The notes: generated by a model not told the origin, from the letters alone. A stretch of 64,000 bases of DNA from Mesorhizobium sp. (GCA_004020315.1 SAQG01000025.1:13919-77918); one strand, 5' to 3'. Counted from the first letter of the stretch, positions 32,856 through 43,400 are shown. Made by a program: numbers and translations.

Positions 32856-33745
32856 CAGCGTCTCGAGCCCGTCTTGTGCGGTTGGCGCGACAGCGGCGCT
32901 GCAAGCGCGAGCAGAACGAAGGTCGCGATCAACAGCACCACACCCATCGCACCGCCGCGGCCCCAGTTGAGCAGGCTGAGCACCTGGTTCTGGATCAGGG
33001 TCGAGAGCATGGTCGAACGCGGACCGCCGAGCAGCGCGGGCGTGATGTAGAAGCCGAGCGCAAGAATGAACACGATGATGGCGCCCGCGTAGACGCCCGG
33101 AAGCGAGAGCGGCAGATAGACCTGGGCAAAGGCGCGCGCCGGGCTTGCGCCGAGGCTTCGTGCTGCCTGCATGAGCCGCAGGTCGATCGTCTTCATCACC
33201 GAATAGAGCGGCAGGATCATGAACGGCAACAGCACCTGCGCCATGCCGATCACCACGCCTGTCTGCGTGCGGATCAGCTTGACCGGGCTGAGCCCGACTG
33301 CCCGGATGACGGAGTTGATCACGCCGGAATCCTGCAACAGGATGACCCATGCCAGGGTGCGCACCACGCCGCTCACCCAGAACGGCACCAGCACGCACAG
33401 GATCAGGATGAGCCGCAACTTGGGTCCGACTGCCGTCATCACATAGGCATAGGGATAGCCGGCAACGAGACATACCAGCGTCACCCAGGCGGAGATCGCG
33501 AAGGTCCGCTGAAGCACGGTCAGGTTGACCGGCGTGCCGAAGAACCAGGCATAGTTCTGCCATCCCCATCGCGGTTCGGAAAAGCTGCGCAAGGTCACGA
33601 TGGCGAGCGGCAGGCCCAGACAGATGACGAGCAGCAGCAGCGCCGGCGCGACGAGCCAGAAAGCCTGTCCACGAAACCACCGCCGCCGGTCGTCTGCCGT
33701 GACAGCCGGAACAGTGTCCCGGCTGTCGATTGCTCTCGTTGCCAC
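32855..33745 (-). CDS. Polyamine-type ABC transporter permease (PotB-like)
   Basis: GYPYAY, AARSLGA and YITPALLGG motifs. Confidence 0.88.
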   Translation of the reverse strand: MATRAIDSRDTVPAVTADDRRRWFRGQAFWLVAPALLLLVICLGLPLAIVTLRSFSEPRWGWQNYAWFFGTPVNLTVLQRTFAISAWVTLVCLVAGYPYAYVMTAVGPKLRLILILCVLVPFWVSGVVRTLAWVILLQDSGVINSVIRAVGLSPVKLIRTQTGVVIGMAQVLLPFMILPLYSVMKTIDLRLMQAARSLGASPARAFAQVYLPLSLPGVYAGAIIVFILALGFYITPALLGGPRSTMLSTLIQNQVLSLLNWGRGGAMGVVLLIATFVLLALAAPLSRQPHKTGSRR

Positions 33746-33755
33746 CGTGGCGGAC

Positions 33756-34826
33756 CTAGTTGCCCGCCATCAACGCGTTCCACTTTTCGTTCGCCACCTC
33801 GAAGTTCTCCACCCAGAACTTGATGTTCTGCTGATAGCCAAGCTTCAGCTTGTCCGGCGTGTTGGTCATGAACGCCGCGGTGATCTCGTCCACTTCGGGC
33901 TTCGCATCCTTGTGGATCGGGGTATACGAGGTGGTTTTTGCAAGGATCTCCTGCGCGCTCTTGCCGACATAGGCGTTGATCAGCGCATGCGCCGCGTCGG
34001 GGTCCTTGACGCCCATCGGAATGGTCATCTGGTCCATCACGACCAGCCAGTCCTGCCACGCCGGCGTGTACTTGGCGCCGTTCTTCACCGCAGTCATGGC
34101 ACGTCCGGTCCACATCGCGATCATGTCGGCTTCGCCGGATTCGGCGAGCTGCTGGGAATCGGCTCCGGTCTTCCAGAAGATCGTGTCCGGACCGAGCGAC
34201 CTCACCTTCTCGATAGCCTTGTCGATATCGGCGACCGTCATGTTTTCGACCGACCCGCCGGCTGCGAGCAGCGCCTGCTCGATCATTCCGCCGGAGAGAT
34301 CGCCGCTGCCCTCCAGAGCGCGCGAGCCCGGGAATTTCTCGATGTCGAAGAAATCCTTCCAGCTCTTGGGCGGGTTATCCTTGTACTTTTCGGTGTTGTA
34401 CATCAGCACCACGCCATAGTTCATGGCCGGCACACTGCATTCGCTGATCTGGCCTTCTGGAATGTTGGACGTGTCGATCTTCGAGAAGTCAAGCTTCTGG
34501 AACAGCTTGCCGCAATAGACGTAGGGCGGGAAATCGCCGGTATCGACAACGTCCCAGGTCACATTGCCGGACTCGACCTGCGCCTGCAATTTCGAGATTT
34601 CGGTTGGCCCGTCGCTGAGCAGCGTCACTCCGGACTTGTCGACGAACTCCTTCAGCGCGGCGATCTGACCATCCTGATAAATGCCTCCATACGAAACGAA
34701 GGTAAGCGTCTTGCCCTTCAGCGAGCCCTCGGCCACCTCGCCTGCCACGGGCTTGCTCTGCGCAAGCGCTGCGGTCGTGACCATCAGCAGCCCGAGTGCG
34801 GCCATCTGTCCGATGTTGGTCTTCAT
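33756..34826 (-). CDS. Polyamine-type ABC transporter substrate-binding protein (PotD-like)
   Basis: Signal peptide; SYGGIYQ, QVESGNVTWDVVD and SWKDFFDIEKFPG motifs. Confidence 0.87.
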   Translation of the reverse strand: MKTNIGQMAALGLLMVTTAALAQSKPVAGEVAEGSLKGKTLTFVSYGGIYQDGQIAALKEFVDKSGVTLLSDGPTEISKLQAQVESGNVTWDVVDTGDFPPYVYCGKLFQKLDFSKIDTSNIPEGQISECSVPAMNYGVVLMYNTEKYKDNPPKSWKDFFDIEKFPGSRALEGSGDLSGGMIEQALLAAGGSVENMTVADIDKAIEKVRSLGPDTIFWKTGADSQQLAESGEADMIAMWTGRAMTAVKNGAKYTPAWQDWLVVMDQMTIPMGVKDPDAAHALINAYVGKSAQEILAKTTSYTPIHKDAKPEVDEITAAFMTNTPDKLKLGYQQNIKFWVENFEVANEKWNALMAGN

Positions 34827-34855
34827 GTTCTATCTCCCATTTATGTGCACCCGCA

Positions 34856-35524
34856 TCACTTCGGTTCGCCCGGCTGCGAGCCTTGTCCGGGCGTGTATTG
34901 ATTGAGTTCCGCCGCGCCGCTGGTCGGGGGTGCGATGATCCACAGCACCTGCGCCGGCGTCTTGCCGACGTTCACCGTGCGATGCGGCGTCGAAGTTCCG
35001 TATTCGATGCTGTCGCCCTCGTTCATGACGAAGCGCTCGTCTGCCAGCGTCAGCTCGACCGTCCCCTTCAGGACGACGAACATCTCGTGCTTGCCGCCAT
35101 GCGTGTAAGCGTCGTCGCCGGTCGAACCGCCGACGTCGAAATCCCCCGAATAAACCTCGAACTCATGGATCGGCCGCCGCGACAGCAACGTCTTTCGGCA
35201 ACCGTGGCTGATCGGCAGCAGGGGGCGGTCGGCTCTGGTGAGCACCTTGTGGAACCCACCTTCGGTCTGCTCGAACAGATCGTTGATGCCGAGGTCCAAC
35301 GCAGCCGCGATCCGCATCAAGGTGCTGGCGCTGGCGCCGCTCAGATTGCGCTCGAGCTGGCTGATGAAGCTCGCCGTCGTGCCGACCATGTCGGCCAGCT
35401 GGCGAAGCGAAATGCGTCGGGCCGTACGAATGGCCTTGATCCGCCCGCCGACATGCTTCGCCTTGCCGGCTTCCGTCGCCGTCAGCGCGGCTACCTCCGG
35501 GGATGTCGCAGGGTCGACTTTCAC
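34856..35524 (-). CDS. XRE-family HTH/cupin transcriptional regulator (PuuR-like)
   Basis: SLRQLA...FISQLER HTH and C-terminal cupin (EGDSI...PH). Confidence 0.85.
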   Translation of the reverse strand: MKVDPATSPEVAALTATEAGKAKHVGGRIKAIRTARRISLRQLADMVGTTASFISQLERNLSGASASTLMRIAAALDLGINDLFEQTEGGFHKVLTRADRPLLPISHGCRKTLLSRRPIHEFEVYSGDFDVGGSTGDDAYTHGGKHEMFVVLKGTVELTLADERFVMNEGDSIEYGTSTPHRTVNVGKTPAQVLWIIAPPTSGAAELNQYTPGQGSQPGEPK

Positions 35525-35630
35525 CGAGTGCCTCCTTACTTAACACCTTATTAAGTGGGTTCTCGGAACGCAAGTCATTTGTCGAGAAACGATCCTGGGC
35601 CGTCGGCGAAGCTGCGTACACGGACGTTGC

Positions 35631-36701
35631 TCATCTCGCTGGCGAGGCAAAAAAACGGCTCGCGGCGGATTCGGCCACCGCATTGGCGAGGTCCATCCCC
35701 CATTGCGTGCGGCAATAGGCGCGGAAATCGAAGCAGGGCAGGCCGGGGCAGACCTCGAACTCGATGAGATGGACGCTGTTGTCGGCTTCGACCCGGAAGT
35801 CGATGGAAAACACGTCCCGCAGGCCGAGCCCGACCATCAGCCTCTGCGCGATTTGGCGGATGGTTGAATCGGCTCGCGGCTGGCTCGTAGCCACCGGCAG
35901 CAACACAGGCTCGGTATATGTCCCCGCCGCCCTGGCAGCCTCGCCGGTGTCGCCGTAAAGCGCCAGGCTGTCCGCCATGGTCTGGAAATCACCGCCCGAA
36001 TCGACAAAGGCGATGCCGAGCGCCTCGACGCCGGTCTCCGGCTTCAGACCGAGAAAACTGGCGCGCGCATTGCGCCCGGCGACATAGGGCTGCACGACGA
36101 CGTCGTCGCGGTAGGCGGCGAAGACGCGCCGGCTAAGCTCCAGCGCGTGGCCGAGATCACTGCTGCGCGAATCCGGCCAGATGCCGATCTTGGCGCCGAG
36201 CCGGTTCGGCTTGACGAACCAGCCGGTTGGCGAAGCGGGTGGCGCGACCAGCCAGCGGCCGTCGCGGGCGAAGCCGGATTGCGGCACCGGCAGGCCGAGC
36301 GCGCCGAGCACGGCGCCCGAGCGGAACTTGTCCTGGCAGAGCGCAAACAGCGCATCGTCGGCGCCGAGCAGCTTCAGACCGTTCAGCCTTGCCAGAGCCG
36401 GTGCTGTACCGCCGCGGAAATAGGCGATGCCGTCGGTCAGCGTCCACACCAGCGTGGTCTGCGGGTCTTCGCCGGCGAGCACGCCTGCGGCATCATCGAG
36501 CGCCACCGGCGCGAAGGACAGGCCGCGCATCTGGCAGGCTGCGGCCAGCGCGTCGAACTCACGGGCGATGTCGGTCGATTGCGCCAGATAGGAGGCGATT
36601 TCGGCGGCGCGCGCCGGCACGTGACCATCGGCGACCAGCCGGTCGAAGCAGGCCTCTTCCGGCTCGTAGACTAGGATCAGCTTCGGCTTGCGGCTCGACA
36701 T
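35631..36701 (-). CDS. ATP-grasp protein, D-alanine--D-alanine ligase-like
   Basis: CQDKF, FVKPNRLGAKIGI, VQPYVAG, IDFRV and IEFEVCPGL ATP-grasp motifs. Confidence 0.7.
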   Translation of the reverse strand: MSSRKPKLILVYEPEEACFDRLVADGHVPARAAEIASYLAQSTDIAREFDALAAACQMRGLSFAPVALDDAAGVLAGEDPQTTLVWTLTDGIAYFRGGTAPALARLNGLKLLGADDALFALCQDKFRSGAVLGALGLPVPQSGFARDGRWLVAPPASPTGWFVKPNRLGAKIGIWPDSRSSDLGHALELSRRVFAAYRDDVVVQPYVAGRNARASFLGLKPETGVEALGIAFVDSGGDFQTMADSLALYGDTGEAARAAGTYTEPVLLPVATSQPRADSTIRQIAQRLMVGLGLRDVFSIDFRVEADNSVHLIEFEVCPGLPCFDFRAYCRTQWGMDLANAVAESAASRFFASPAR

Positions 36702-36819
36702 GAGATGAACGGGTCCTGGCAGCGCGGTTGCCTACCATTGCACGGCAAATGCATTCGGCTTTCGCGGAAAACCGACGTCAGCCGGACGCCTGCACGACAG
36801 TGCTGGCGCGACCTTCTTG

Positions 36820-36867
36820 TTTGACCGTGATCTTTTCCGAACCAAAGGTTCGGGACTCAGGGTCTAG
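36820..36867. repeat. Degenerate RIME/CIR-like palindromic unit at a CTAG stop
   Basis: TTGACCGTGATCTTTTCCGAA-CCAAAGG-TTCGGGACTCAGGGTCTAG imperfect hairpin with a GANTC site, ending on the TAG stop of the adjacent gene. Confidence 0.5.
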
Positions 36868-37745
36868 GCAATCAGCACGCGCGGCTCGAAGCGGCCGTTG
36901 ACCGGAATGTCGAGCAGAAACGTCATGCCGGCTTGCGGGTCCAGCAGGCGCTGTTTCTCATCCTTGCCCGACCAGGCGGAGGTCACCGCCAGCCGGTCGG
37001 CATTCCTGCCGAGAAAGGCCGGGCAGGAAGGTTGCGTCACCGGCATCGCGACCGATCGGATGAGCTTGCCGTCCGGCCCGTAAGCCTCAACGACGCTGCC
37101 GCCCCAACCGGCGTTCCACAGGACACCGTCGCGATCGAGCACCGAACCGTCGATATAGCCCTTAGCCTTGCGATGATCGACGAAGATCTTCGGCTCGCCG
37201 GACGGCAGGCCGGTGGCCGGATCGCAGCCGACCCGCATCAACAGCCCGGTGCTGGTATCGGTGTAATAGGCGACCGTTCCATCTTCGGAAAAGCAGATCG
37301 AGTTCGACACCGTGATGTCCGAATAGAGCCGGCGCAGTTCCCCCTTGAAGAACCAGTAGATCGAGCCGGCGGCCTTTTCCTCACCCTTGCCCATCGTGCC
37401 GACCCAGAAGGCCCCGCAGGGGTGGACGCGCGAATCATTCGAGCGCGTCACCGGATTGTCGGCCTCGATCGCTGTGTGCAGCGTCATCTTGCCGGTCGCC
37501 ACGTCGCGGACATGGAGGCCGGTTTCGGTGGCGATCAACTGTCTGTTGTCGTCGATGATGGCGATGGCACTGGCCATCTGGCCAAGCTCGTGGATGTTGA
37601 GCGCACCGCCGGAAAGGGGTTTTTCCAGAAGCTGGCCGTTGAGGATGTCGAACCAGTAGAGCGTATCGGTGGCGGGGTCATAGCTCGGGCCTTCGCCGAG
37701 CTGACAGACATGGTCGGAAAAAACAGAAACGATGGCTTCGTTCAT
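36864..37745 (-). CDS. SMP-30/gluconolactonase family protein
   Basis: LGEGP, RSND, SNSICFS, DG and SCPAF motifs; last gene of the dgo operon. Confidence 0.88.
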   Translation of the reverse strand: MNEAIVSVFSDHVCQLGEGPSYDPATDTLYWFDILNGQLLEKPLSGGALNIHELGQMASAIAIIDDNRQLIATETGLHVRDVATGKMTLHTAIEADNPVTRSNDSRVHPCGAFWVGTMGKGEEKAAGSIYWFFKGELRRLYSDITVSNSICFSEDGTVAYYTDTSTGLLMRVGCDPATGLPSGEPKIFVDHRKAKGYIDGSVLDRDGVLWNAGWGGSVVEAYGPDGKLIRSVAMPVTQPSCPAFLGRNADRLAVTSAWSGKDEKQRLLDPQAGMTFLLDIPVNGRFEPRVLIA

Positions 37746-38383
37746 CCTGCCGCTCCAAACGCCGCATCCCAGGCCACAGCGGCAGCCAGGGCCCGCGCGG
37801 CCACCTCGTCGACGCTCATGCCTGGCTTGAACAGGCTGGAGCCAAGGCCGAAGACGCTGACACCTGCCGCCTTGTAGCCGGCAAAGTCCTTCTCCGAAAC
37901 GCCGCCTACCGCGCCGACCAGCGTCTCGGAAGGCAAAACCGCACGCATTGCCGCGATGCCGGCCGCGCCAAGCACGCTGGCCGGGAAGAATTTCAGTGCC
38001 GAGGCGCCGAGCCGAATCGCCTGGAAAGCCTCGGTCGGCGTGAACACGCCGGGCATCGTCACCATGCCGTAGTTCATGGCGCGGCCCATGACCTCGGCAT
38101 CGATGTTAGGGCTGACCAGCAGCCGCCCGCCGGCTTTGTGCAATCCGTCAACATCGGCAGCTGTCAGCACAGTCCCAGCTCCGACCAGAGCTGTCGCCGG
38201 CAGCGCCTGCACGATATTCGCGATCGAGGCAAAAGGGCCCGGCGAATTGAGCGGCACTTCGATCGCTTCGATGCCGGCCTCGAAGATCGCCCGGCCAATG
38301 GCCACCGCCTCGTCCGGCTTGAGGCCGCGCAGGATGGCGACAAGACCGCGCCCGAGCTTCGGAAACGGTGCGGTCTCGGTCAT
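37742..38383 (-). CDS. dgoA: 2-dehydro-3-deoxy-6-phosphogalactonate aldolase
   Basis: VAILRG, IEVPLNSP, GAGTV, LKFFPA, AVGGV and GLGSSLF motifs. Confidence 0.9.
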   Translation of the reverse strand: MTETAPFPKLGRGLVAILRGLKPDEAVAIGRAIFEAGIEAIEVPLNSPGPFASIANIVQALPATALVGAGTVLTAADVDGLHKAGGRLLVSPNIDAEVMGRAMNYGMVTMPGVFTPTEAFQAIRLGASALKFFPASVLGAAGIAAMRAVLPSETLVGAVGGVSEKDFAGYKAAGVSVFGLGSSLFKPGMSVDEVAARALAAAVAWDAAFGAAG

Positions 38384-39336
38384 GCTACAACTCCGCTTCC
38401 AGCAATCATGCCATTCTCGCGCGCTGCCTCGATCAGGCCGGCACGCACCGCCTCGTCGGCGTCGACAGTCCGAACCGCGAGTCCGGCGAGGCTGAGCGCC
38501 TCAGTGTACAGCGCGCCGAGCCCGCCGGAAGCGACCAGCACGACCGACCCGCCTTTCCCGTAGCGGCGGCTGGCCGAGGCGATCTCACCGCCGATCAGCA
38601 GGCCGGACAGGCAAGCCGCGGCATCGCCGGGGTTCAGGTCCTGCAGCAGGCCCGCGGCGCGGATCGAGAACAGTCGCGAGGTGATATCGCCGCCGTCGGC
38701 CAGCGCCTGCTCGCACCAGCGCCGGAAAAACGGATTGCCTGGTGCAACCGGCTTGGGCTGCTCGCCCAGCGAATGCCGCAGGATCGAATGCGCCGCCAGC
38801 ACCGAAAACAGCTCGCCGGTCGGCCAGGTGCCAAAACCGGCAACAGCGCCGTCCTCGACCAGCACCCATTTCGAATGGGTGCCGGGCATGCAGACGAGAT
38901 GGCGACCCTTTGCCGGCAGACCAGCGCCGGCAAGCTGCGTTTCCTCGCCACGCAAGACGTCGGGCGTGTCGGCCTGGCGCTGGGCAAGCCCCGGCACGAT
39001 GCGGATGTCGCGGCGCTGGCCGGGAATACGCGCAGCACCGGCAAGGATGGCGCCGATCGGCGCCGGCACGGTGACATAGGGCGCCTCGAGCCAGCCCTGG
39101 CGCGAGCCGGCCATGCCGCAGACGATGACGGGCATCGCTTCCGGCGCGCTCATCGCTGCCAGATGTCCTTCGAGAATGGTCGAAAACCCGGCGGCTTGCG
39201 CGGTGATCAGCCCGTCATCGCCGCGGCGCTCGGCGAGAACATTTCCGGCCTCATCGACCAGCCAGACCCTGAGACGGGTGGTGCCCCAATCGACGGCGGC
39301 AACGGCCGGCGCCTTGCTCGGCGATCCTGAGTTCAC
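38380..39336 (-). CDS. dgoK: 2-dehydro-3-deoxygalactonokinase
   Basis: VDWGTTRLR, GMAGSRQGW, DVLRGEETQ, PGTHSKW and LSGLLIG motifs. Confidence 0.9.
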   Translation of the reverse strand: MNSGSPSKAPAVAAVDWGTTRLRVWLVDEAGNVLAERRGDDGLITAQAAGFSTILEGHLAAMSAPEAMPVIVCGMAGSRQGWLEAPYVTVPAPIGAILAGAARIPGQRRDIRIVPGLAQRQADTPDVLRGEETQLAGAGLPAKGRHLVCMPGTHSKWVLVEDGAVAGFGTWPTGELFSVLAAHSILRHSLGEQPKPVAPGNPFFRRWCEQALADGGDITSRLFSIRAAGLLQDLNPGDAAACLSGLLIGGEIASASRRYGKGGSVVLVASGGLGALYTEALSLAGLAVRTVDADEAVRAGLIEAARENGMIAGSGVVA

Positions 39337-40100
39337 AGGAAGCCCCCGTCGACGATCAGCATCTGTGCGGTCAGCATGCGCGAAGCATCCGACGCCAGGA
39401 ACAGCACCGTGCCGACAATGTCTTCCGGTTGCATCACCCGCTTGATGCATTGCTTGGCAACGTGGGCGGCGAGGGCCTGTTCGGTGACCCAGAGTTCCTT
39501 CTGCCGCTCGGTGATCACCCAGCCGGGTGCGATCGCATTGACGCGAATGCCGTCGGCGCCAAGCTTGCCGGCAAGCCCCTTGGTCAGGCCCACGATGCCC
39601 GCTTTGGCGGCGGTATAGGCCGGCATGTCGGGGTGGTTGATCAGGAACGACGTCGACGTGAAGTTGATGATCGAGCCGCCGCCGGCGCGCCTCATGCCCG
39701 GCGCCACCGCCTGGGCGGAGAAGAAATGCGGCCGCAGATTGACCGCCTGGTTGTTGTCCCAGAACTCCACGGTGACATCTTCCACCGCGTGGCGATCATC
39801 AAGTGCTGCATTGTTGACCAGCACGGTGACGTCGCCATGTGCTTCGGCAGCCTTGGCTACCGAAGCCCGCAGCGCCTCGATATCGCGTATGTCCGTCTCG
39901 AGATAGAGAGGCCGCCGGCCGAGATCCGTCTCGATGCGGTCGGCCAGCGCCAGGCTCGGGCCGTCGGCGATGTCGATGAAGGCGACCTTTGCCCCCTGGC
40001 GGGCAAAACCCTCCGTCAGCACCGCGCCGATGCCGGAACCGCCGCCGGTGATAAGCACCGAAGCGCCTTCAAGGTCGGCAAAGCGCGCCGATGGCATCAT
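39333..40100 (-). CDS. SDR family sugar (galactose/xylose-type) 1-dehydrogenase
   Basis: TGGGSGIG, NNAALDDRH, YTAAK and PGWVITERQ motifs; upstream of dgoK. Confidence 0.82.
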   Translation of the reverse strand: MMPSARFADLEGASVLITGGGSGIGAVLTEGFARQGAKVAFIDIADGPSLALADRIETDLGRRPLYLETDIRDIEALRASVAKAAEAHGDVTVLVNNAALDDRHAVEDVTVEFWDNNQAVNLRPHFFSAQAVAPGMRRAGGGSIINFTSTSFLINHPDMPAYTAAKAGIVGLTKGLAGKLGADGIRVNAIAPGWVITERQKELWVTEQALAAHVAKQCIKRVMQPEDIVGTVLFLASDASRMLTAQMLIVDGGFL

Positions 40101-40229
40101 TTTTTTCTCCCTGGCTCAGTCGGCGCGCATCCTAGCCAGCCCGGTCGGGGGAGCAAGGAGAAAAGCAAATTCGCGGGCTTATGTCTGACAAAAGGGGCCG
40201 CCGTATCGCAGCGGCAGCGCAATCGCTCG

Positions 40230-40365
40230 TCAGATCGCCTTGGCGCGCAAGGCGCCGCGGAGCGAATTTCTGAGATAGCCGAGCGTGGCATCGGCATCGA
40301 CCGGTCTGCCGAACAGGAATCCTTGCCCGCCGGCGCAGTTGGACAAGCGCCCCGCCTGCGCCCCG
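40230..40365 (-). pseudogene. 3' remnant of an EAL-domain (c-di-GMP phosphodiesterase) gene
   Basis: [30 protein letters not shown]...* matches the EAL C-terminal GCxxxQG(Y/F)LFGRP motif; the rest of the domain is absent. Confidence 0.55.
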
Positions 40366-40467
40366 CGGACGCCCAGCAGGCAATCCTCAAAATGTCGCGA
40401 TTGGCAGATGACCGGCGAGGTTGTACAGGCAAGCACAGCTGCCCATCCGATCCGCCGGAGATCCGCC

Positions 40468-41409
40468 ATGCCTCTGAAAATCGCCGTCCAGATGGACCAC
40501 ATCTCCACCGTCTCGATTGCCGGCGACACGTCTTTCGCGCTGTCGCTGGAAGCGCAGCGACGCGGCCATCAGCTGTTCCATTATACGCCCGATCGGCTGT
40601 CGCTGCGCGACGGCAAGGTATTTGCCCGCATCGAGGCAATGCAGATCCGCGACGAAAAGGGTAATCACTATTCGCTCGGCGAAGAAGTCCGCACCGACCT
40701 GTCGGAGATGGATGTCGTCCTGCTCAGGCAGGATCCGCCGTTCGACATGAACTACATCACCACGACGCACATACTCGAGCGCATCCACCCCAAGACACTG
40801 GTGGTCAACGACCCGGCCTGGGTGCGCAACAGTCCGGAAAAGATTTTCGTCACCGAATTTCCCGACCTGATGCCGGAAACGCTGATCACCAAGGACCCGC
40901 TGGAGGTCGCCGCCTTCCGCAAGGAGTTCGGCGACATCATCGTCAAGCCGCTCTACGGCAATGGCGGCGCCGGCATCTTCCACCTGCACGAGGCCGACCG
41001 CAACCTTGCCTCGCTGCTCGAAATGTTCGGCCAGTTGTTCCGCGAACCCTATATCGTGCAGCGTTATCTTAAGGAGGTCCGCGCCGGCGACAAGCGCATC
41101 ATCCTGATCGACGGCGCGCCGGTCGGCGCCATCAACCGGGTGCCGGCCGAGCATGATTCGCGCTCCAACATGCATGTCGGCGGCCGCGCCGAAAAAACCG
41201 AACTGACGGAGCGCGAACGCGAGATCTGCGCCCGCATCGGCCCATCGCTGAAAGAGCGCGGTTTTATCCTCGTCGGCATCGACGTGATCGGCGACTACAT
41301 GACCGAGATCAACGTCACATCGCCGACCGGCGTGCGCGAGGTGAAACGCTTCGGCGGCGCCGACATCGCCAGCCTCTTCTGGGACGCGGTCGAGGACAAA
41401 CGCAAGTAG
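40468..41409 (+). CDS. gshB: Glutathione synthetase
   Basis: [34 protein letters not shown] and EINVTSPTG motifs. Confidence 0.95.
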   Translation: MPLKIAVQMDHISTVSIAGDTSFALSLEAQRRGHQLFHYTPDRLSLRDGKVFARIEAMQIRDEKGNHYSLGEEVRTDLSEMDVVLLRQDPPFDMNYITTTHILERIHPKTLVVNDPAWVRNSPEKIFVTEFPDLMPETLITKDPLEVAAFRKEFGDIIVKPLYGNGGAGIFHLHEADRNLASLLEMFGQLFREPYIVQRYLKEVRAGDKRIILIDGAPVGAINRVPAEHDSRSNMHVGGRAEKTELTEREREICARIGPSLKERGFILVGIDVIGDYMTEINVTSPTGVREVKRFGGADIASLFWDAVEDKRK

Positions 41410-41589
41410 CGTCCATGCTTGACGGAATAGTGTTTTTCGGCGCGTAGCGGCGCACGCGATCAGAGCGCAACGTTTAATTGTTCCCGTAATGTTCTTGCCT
41501 TCGCCCAAAATCCGTGGTTGTCTCCGATGACGCCGTTCGCGGCACGATCGCATGGGCTTCGGGCGAGCCCGTATCTGGGGGCAGAAAAA

Positions 41590-43121
41590 ATGGTTGCGCG
41601 GGTCCGCACGGTCGCTTTCCAGGGGATCGAGGCCGTGCCGGTCGACGTGCAGGTGATGATCGCGCCCGGCAAGGTCAACATGCACATCGTCGGCCTCGGC
41701 GACAAGGCGGTGGCCGAAAGCCGCGAGCGGGTGCAGGCGGCGCTGCATGCGTCGGGCCTGTCGATGCCTTCGAAGAAGGTTACGGTCAATCTGGCGCCCG
41801 CCGACCTGCCCAAGGAAGGCAGCCACTACGATTTGCCGATCGCGCTTGGCCTGATGGCGGCACTTGGCGCCATTCCGGGCGACATGCTGGCTGGCTATGT
41901 CGTGCTTGGCGAGCTGTCGCTCGACGGCACCATCGCCGCGGTGGCCGGCGCGCTGCCGGCGGCGATCGGCGCCAATGCCGAAGGCAAGGGCCTGATCTGC
42001 CCTTTCGCCTGCGGCCGGAAGCGGCGTGGGCCGGCAAGGATTTCGACATCCTGGCGCCACGCAGCCTGATCGCCATCGCCAATCATTTTCGTGGCACGCA
42101 GGTTCTGTCGCGGCCGGAAGCCGGCATCCATGCCTCGGCGCGCGATCTGCCTGATCTTGCCGACATCAAGGGCCAGGAGACCGCCAAGCGGGCACTGGAA
42201 GTGGCGGCGGCCGGCGGCCATAATTTGCTGATGATCGGACCGCCGGGTTCGGGAAAATCGATGCTGGCGCAGCGGCTGCCGTCGATCCTGCCGCCGCTGG
42301 CGCCCAGGGAATTGCTCGAAGTCTCGATGATCGCGTCGGTGGCCGGCGAGCTCGGCGAAGGCAAGCTGACCGACCGGCGGCCGTTCCGCGCCTCGCATCA
42401 TTCGGCCTCGATGGCGGCGATGGTCGGCGGCGGCCTGCGCGTGCGGCCGGGCGAGGCCTCGCTTGCCCATCACGGCGTGCTGTTCCTCGACGAGTTTCCC
42501 GAATTTTCGCCGCAGGCGCTCGACGCGCTGCGCCAGCCGCTGGAGACCGGCGACTGCATGATCGCCCGCGCCAATCACCGCGTCACCTATCCGGCGCGCA
42601 TTCAGCTGGTCGCGGCGATGAATCCATGCCGCTGCGGCATGGCCGGCGAGCCGGGCTATCGCTGCCTGCGCGGCGACCGTTGCCGCACCGACTACCAGGC
42701 GCGTATTTCCGGCCCGCTGCTCGACCGCATCGATCTCCGGATCGAAGTGCCGGCGGTCTCGGCGAGCGATCTGATCCGGCCGGACCGGGCGGAGAAAAGT
42801 GCCGCTGTGGCGCTGCGCGTGGCCCGAGCCCGGACGATCCAGCGTGAGCGTTTCGAGCGGCTCGGCGCGACCTCCGCCACCACCAACGCGCATTGCTCGC
42901 CCTCGGTCATCGAGGAGATCGCGATGCCGGATGCATCAGGCCTGTCGCTGCTCAGGGACGCCAGCGAAAAGCTCGGCTTTTCGGCGCGTGCCTATCATCG
43001 GGTGCTGAAGGTGGCGCGAACATTGGCCGATCTCGAGGCCAGCGAGACGGTCGGCCGTATCCATCTGGCCGAGGCGATTTCCTACCGCATGAGTTCGGAG
43101 CGGATGGCGCAGGCGGCGTAG
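41590..43121 (+). pseudogene. comM: YifB/ComM Mg-chelatase-like AAA ATPase, frameshifted by one missing base near 42015
   Basis: N-part (ESRERV, VNLAPADLPKEGSHYDLPIA, GELSLDG) and C-part (GPPGSGKS, LFLDE, AAMNPC, SARAYHR) are in different frames. Confidence 0.82.
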
Positions 43122-43179
43122 AGTGACGACATTCGGGCGCGAACCGCCGAGCCAGTCAGCAAGCTGTGCACCGTTCTTC

Positions 43180-43400
43180 TGGGCCTGGTCATCTCTAGGA
43201 GTTCGACGCGCAGTTGCTGCCGGTCGGGAAGCGCCATCGTCGCCAGGTCGGCCAACCAGATGCCGTCGGCAGCCGGCCTGACGATTGCGTGGCGCATCTC
43301 GCTATCGGTTGCGTGCCGCTCGAAGCGGGCCTGGAACCAGTTGACCCACAATGCGCGCAGATCGGCGTCGGTCAGCCGACGGGCCGGAAGTGCCCCGGCC
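43180..43400 (-). pseudogene. Remnant of a TetR-family regulator C-terminal domain
   Basis: LTDADLRALWVNWF...AIVRPAADGIWLADL...LLEMTR resembles the TetR C-terminal RLAADGLW motif; no HTH or start upstream. Confidence 0.45.
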
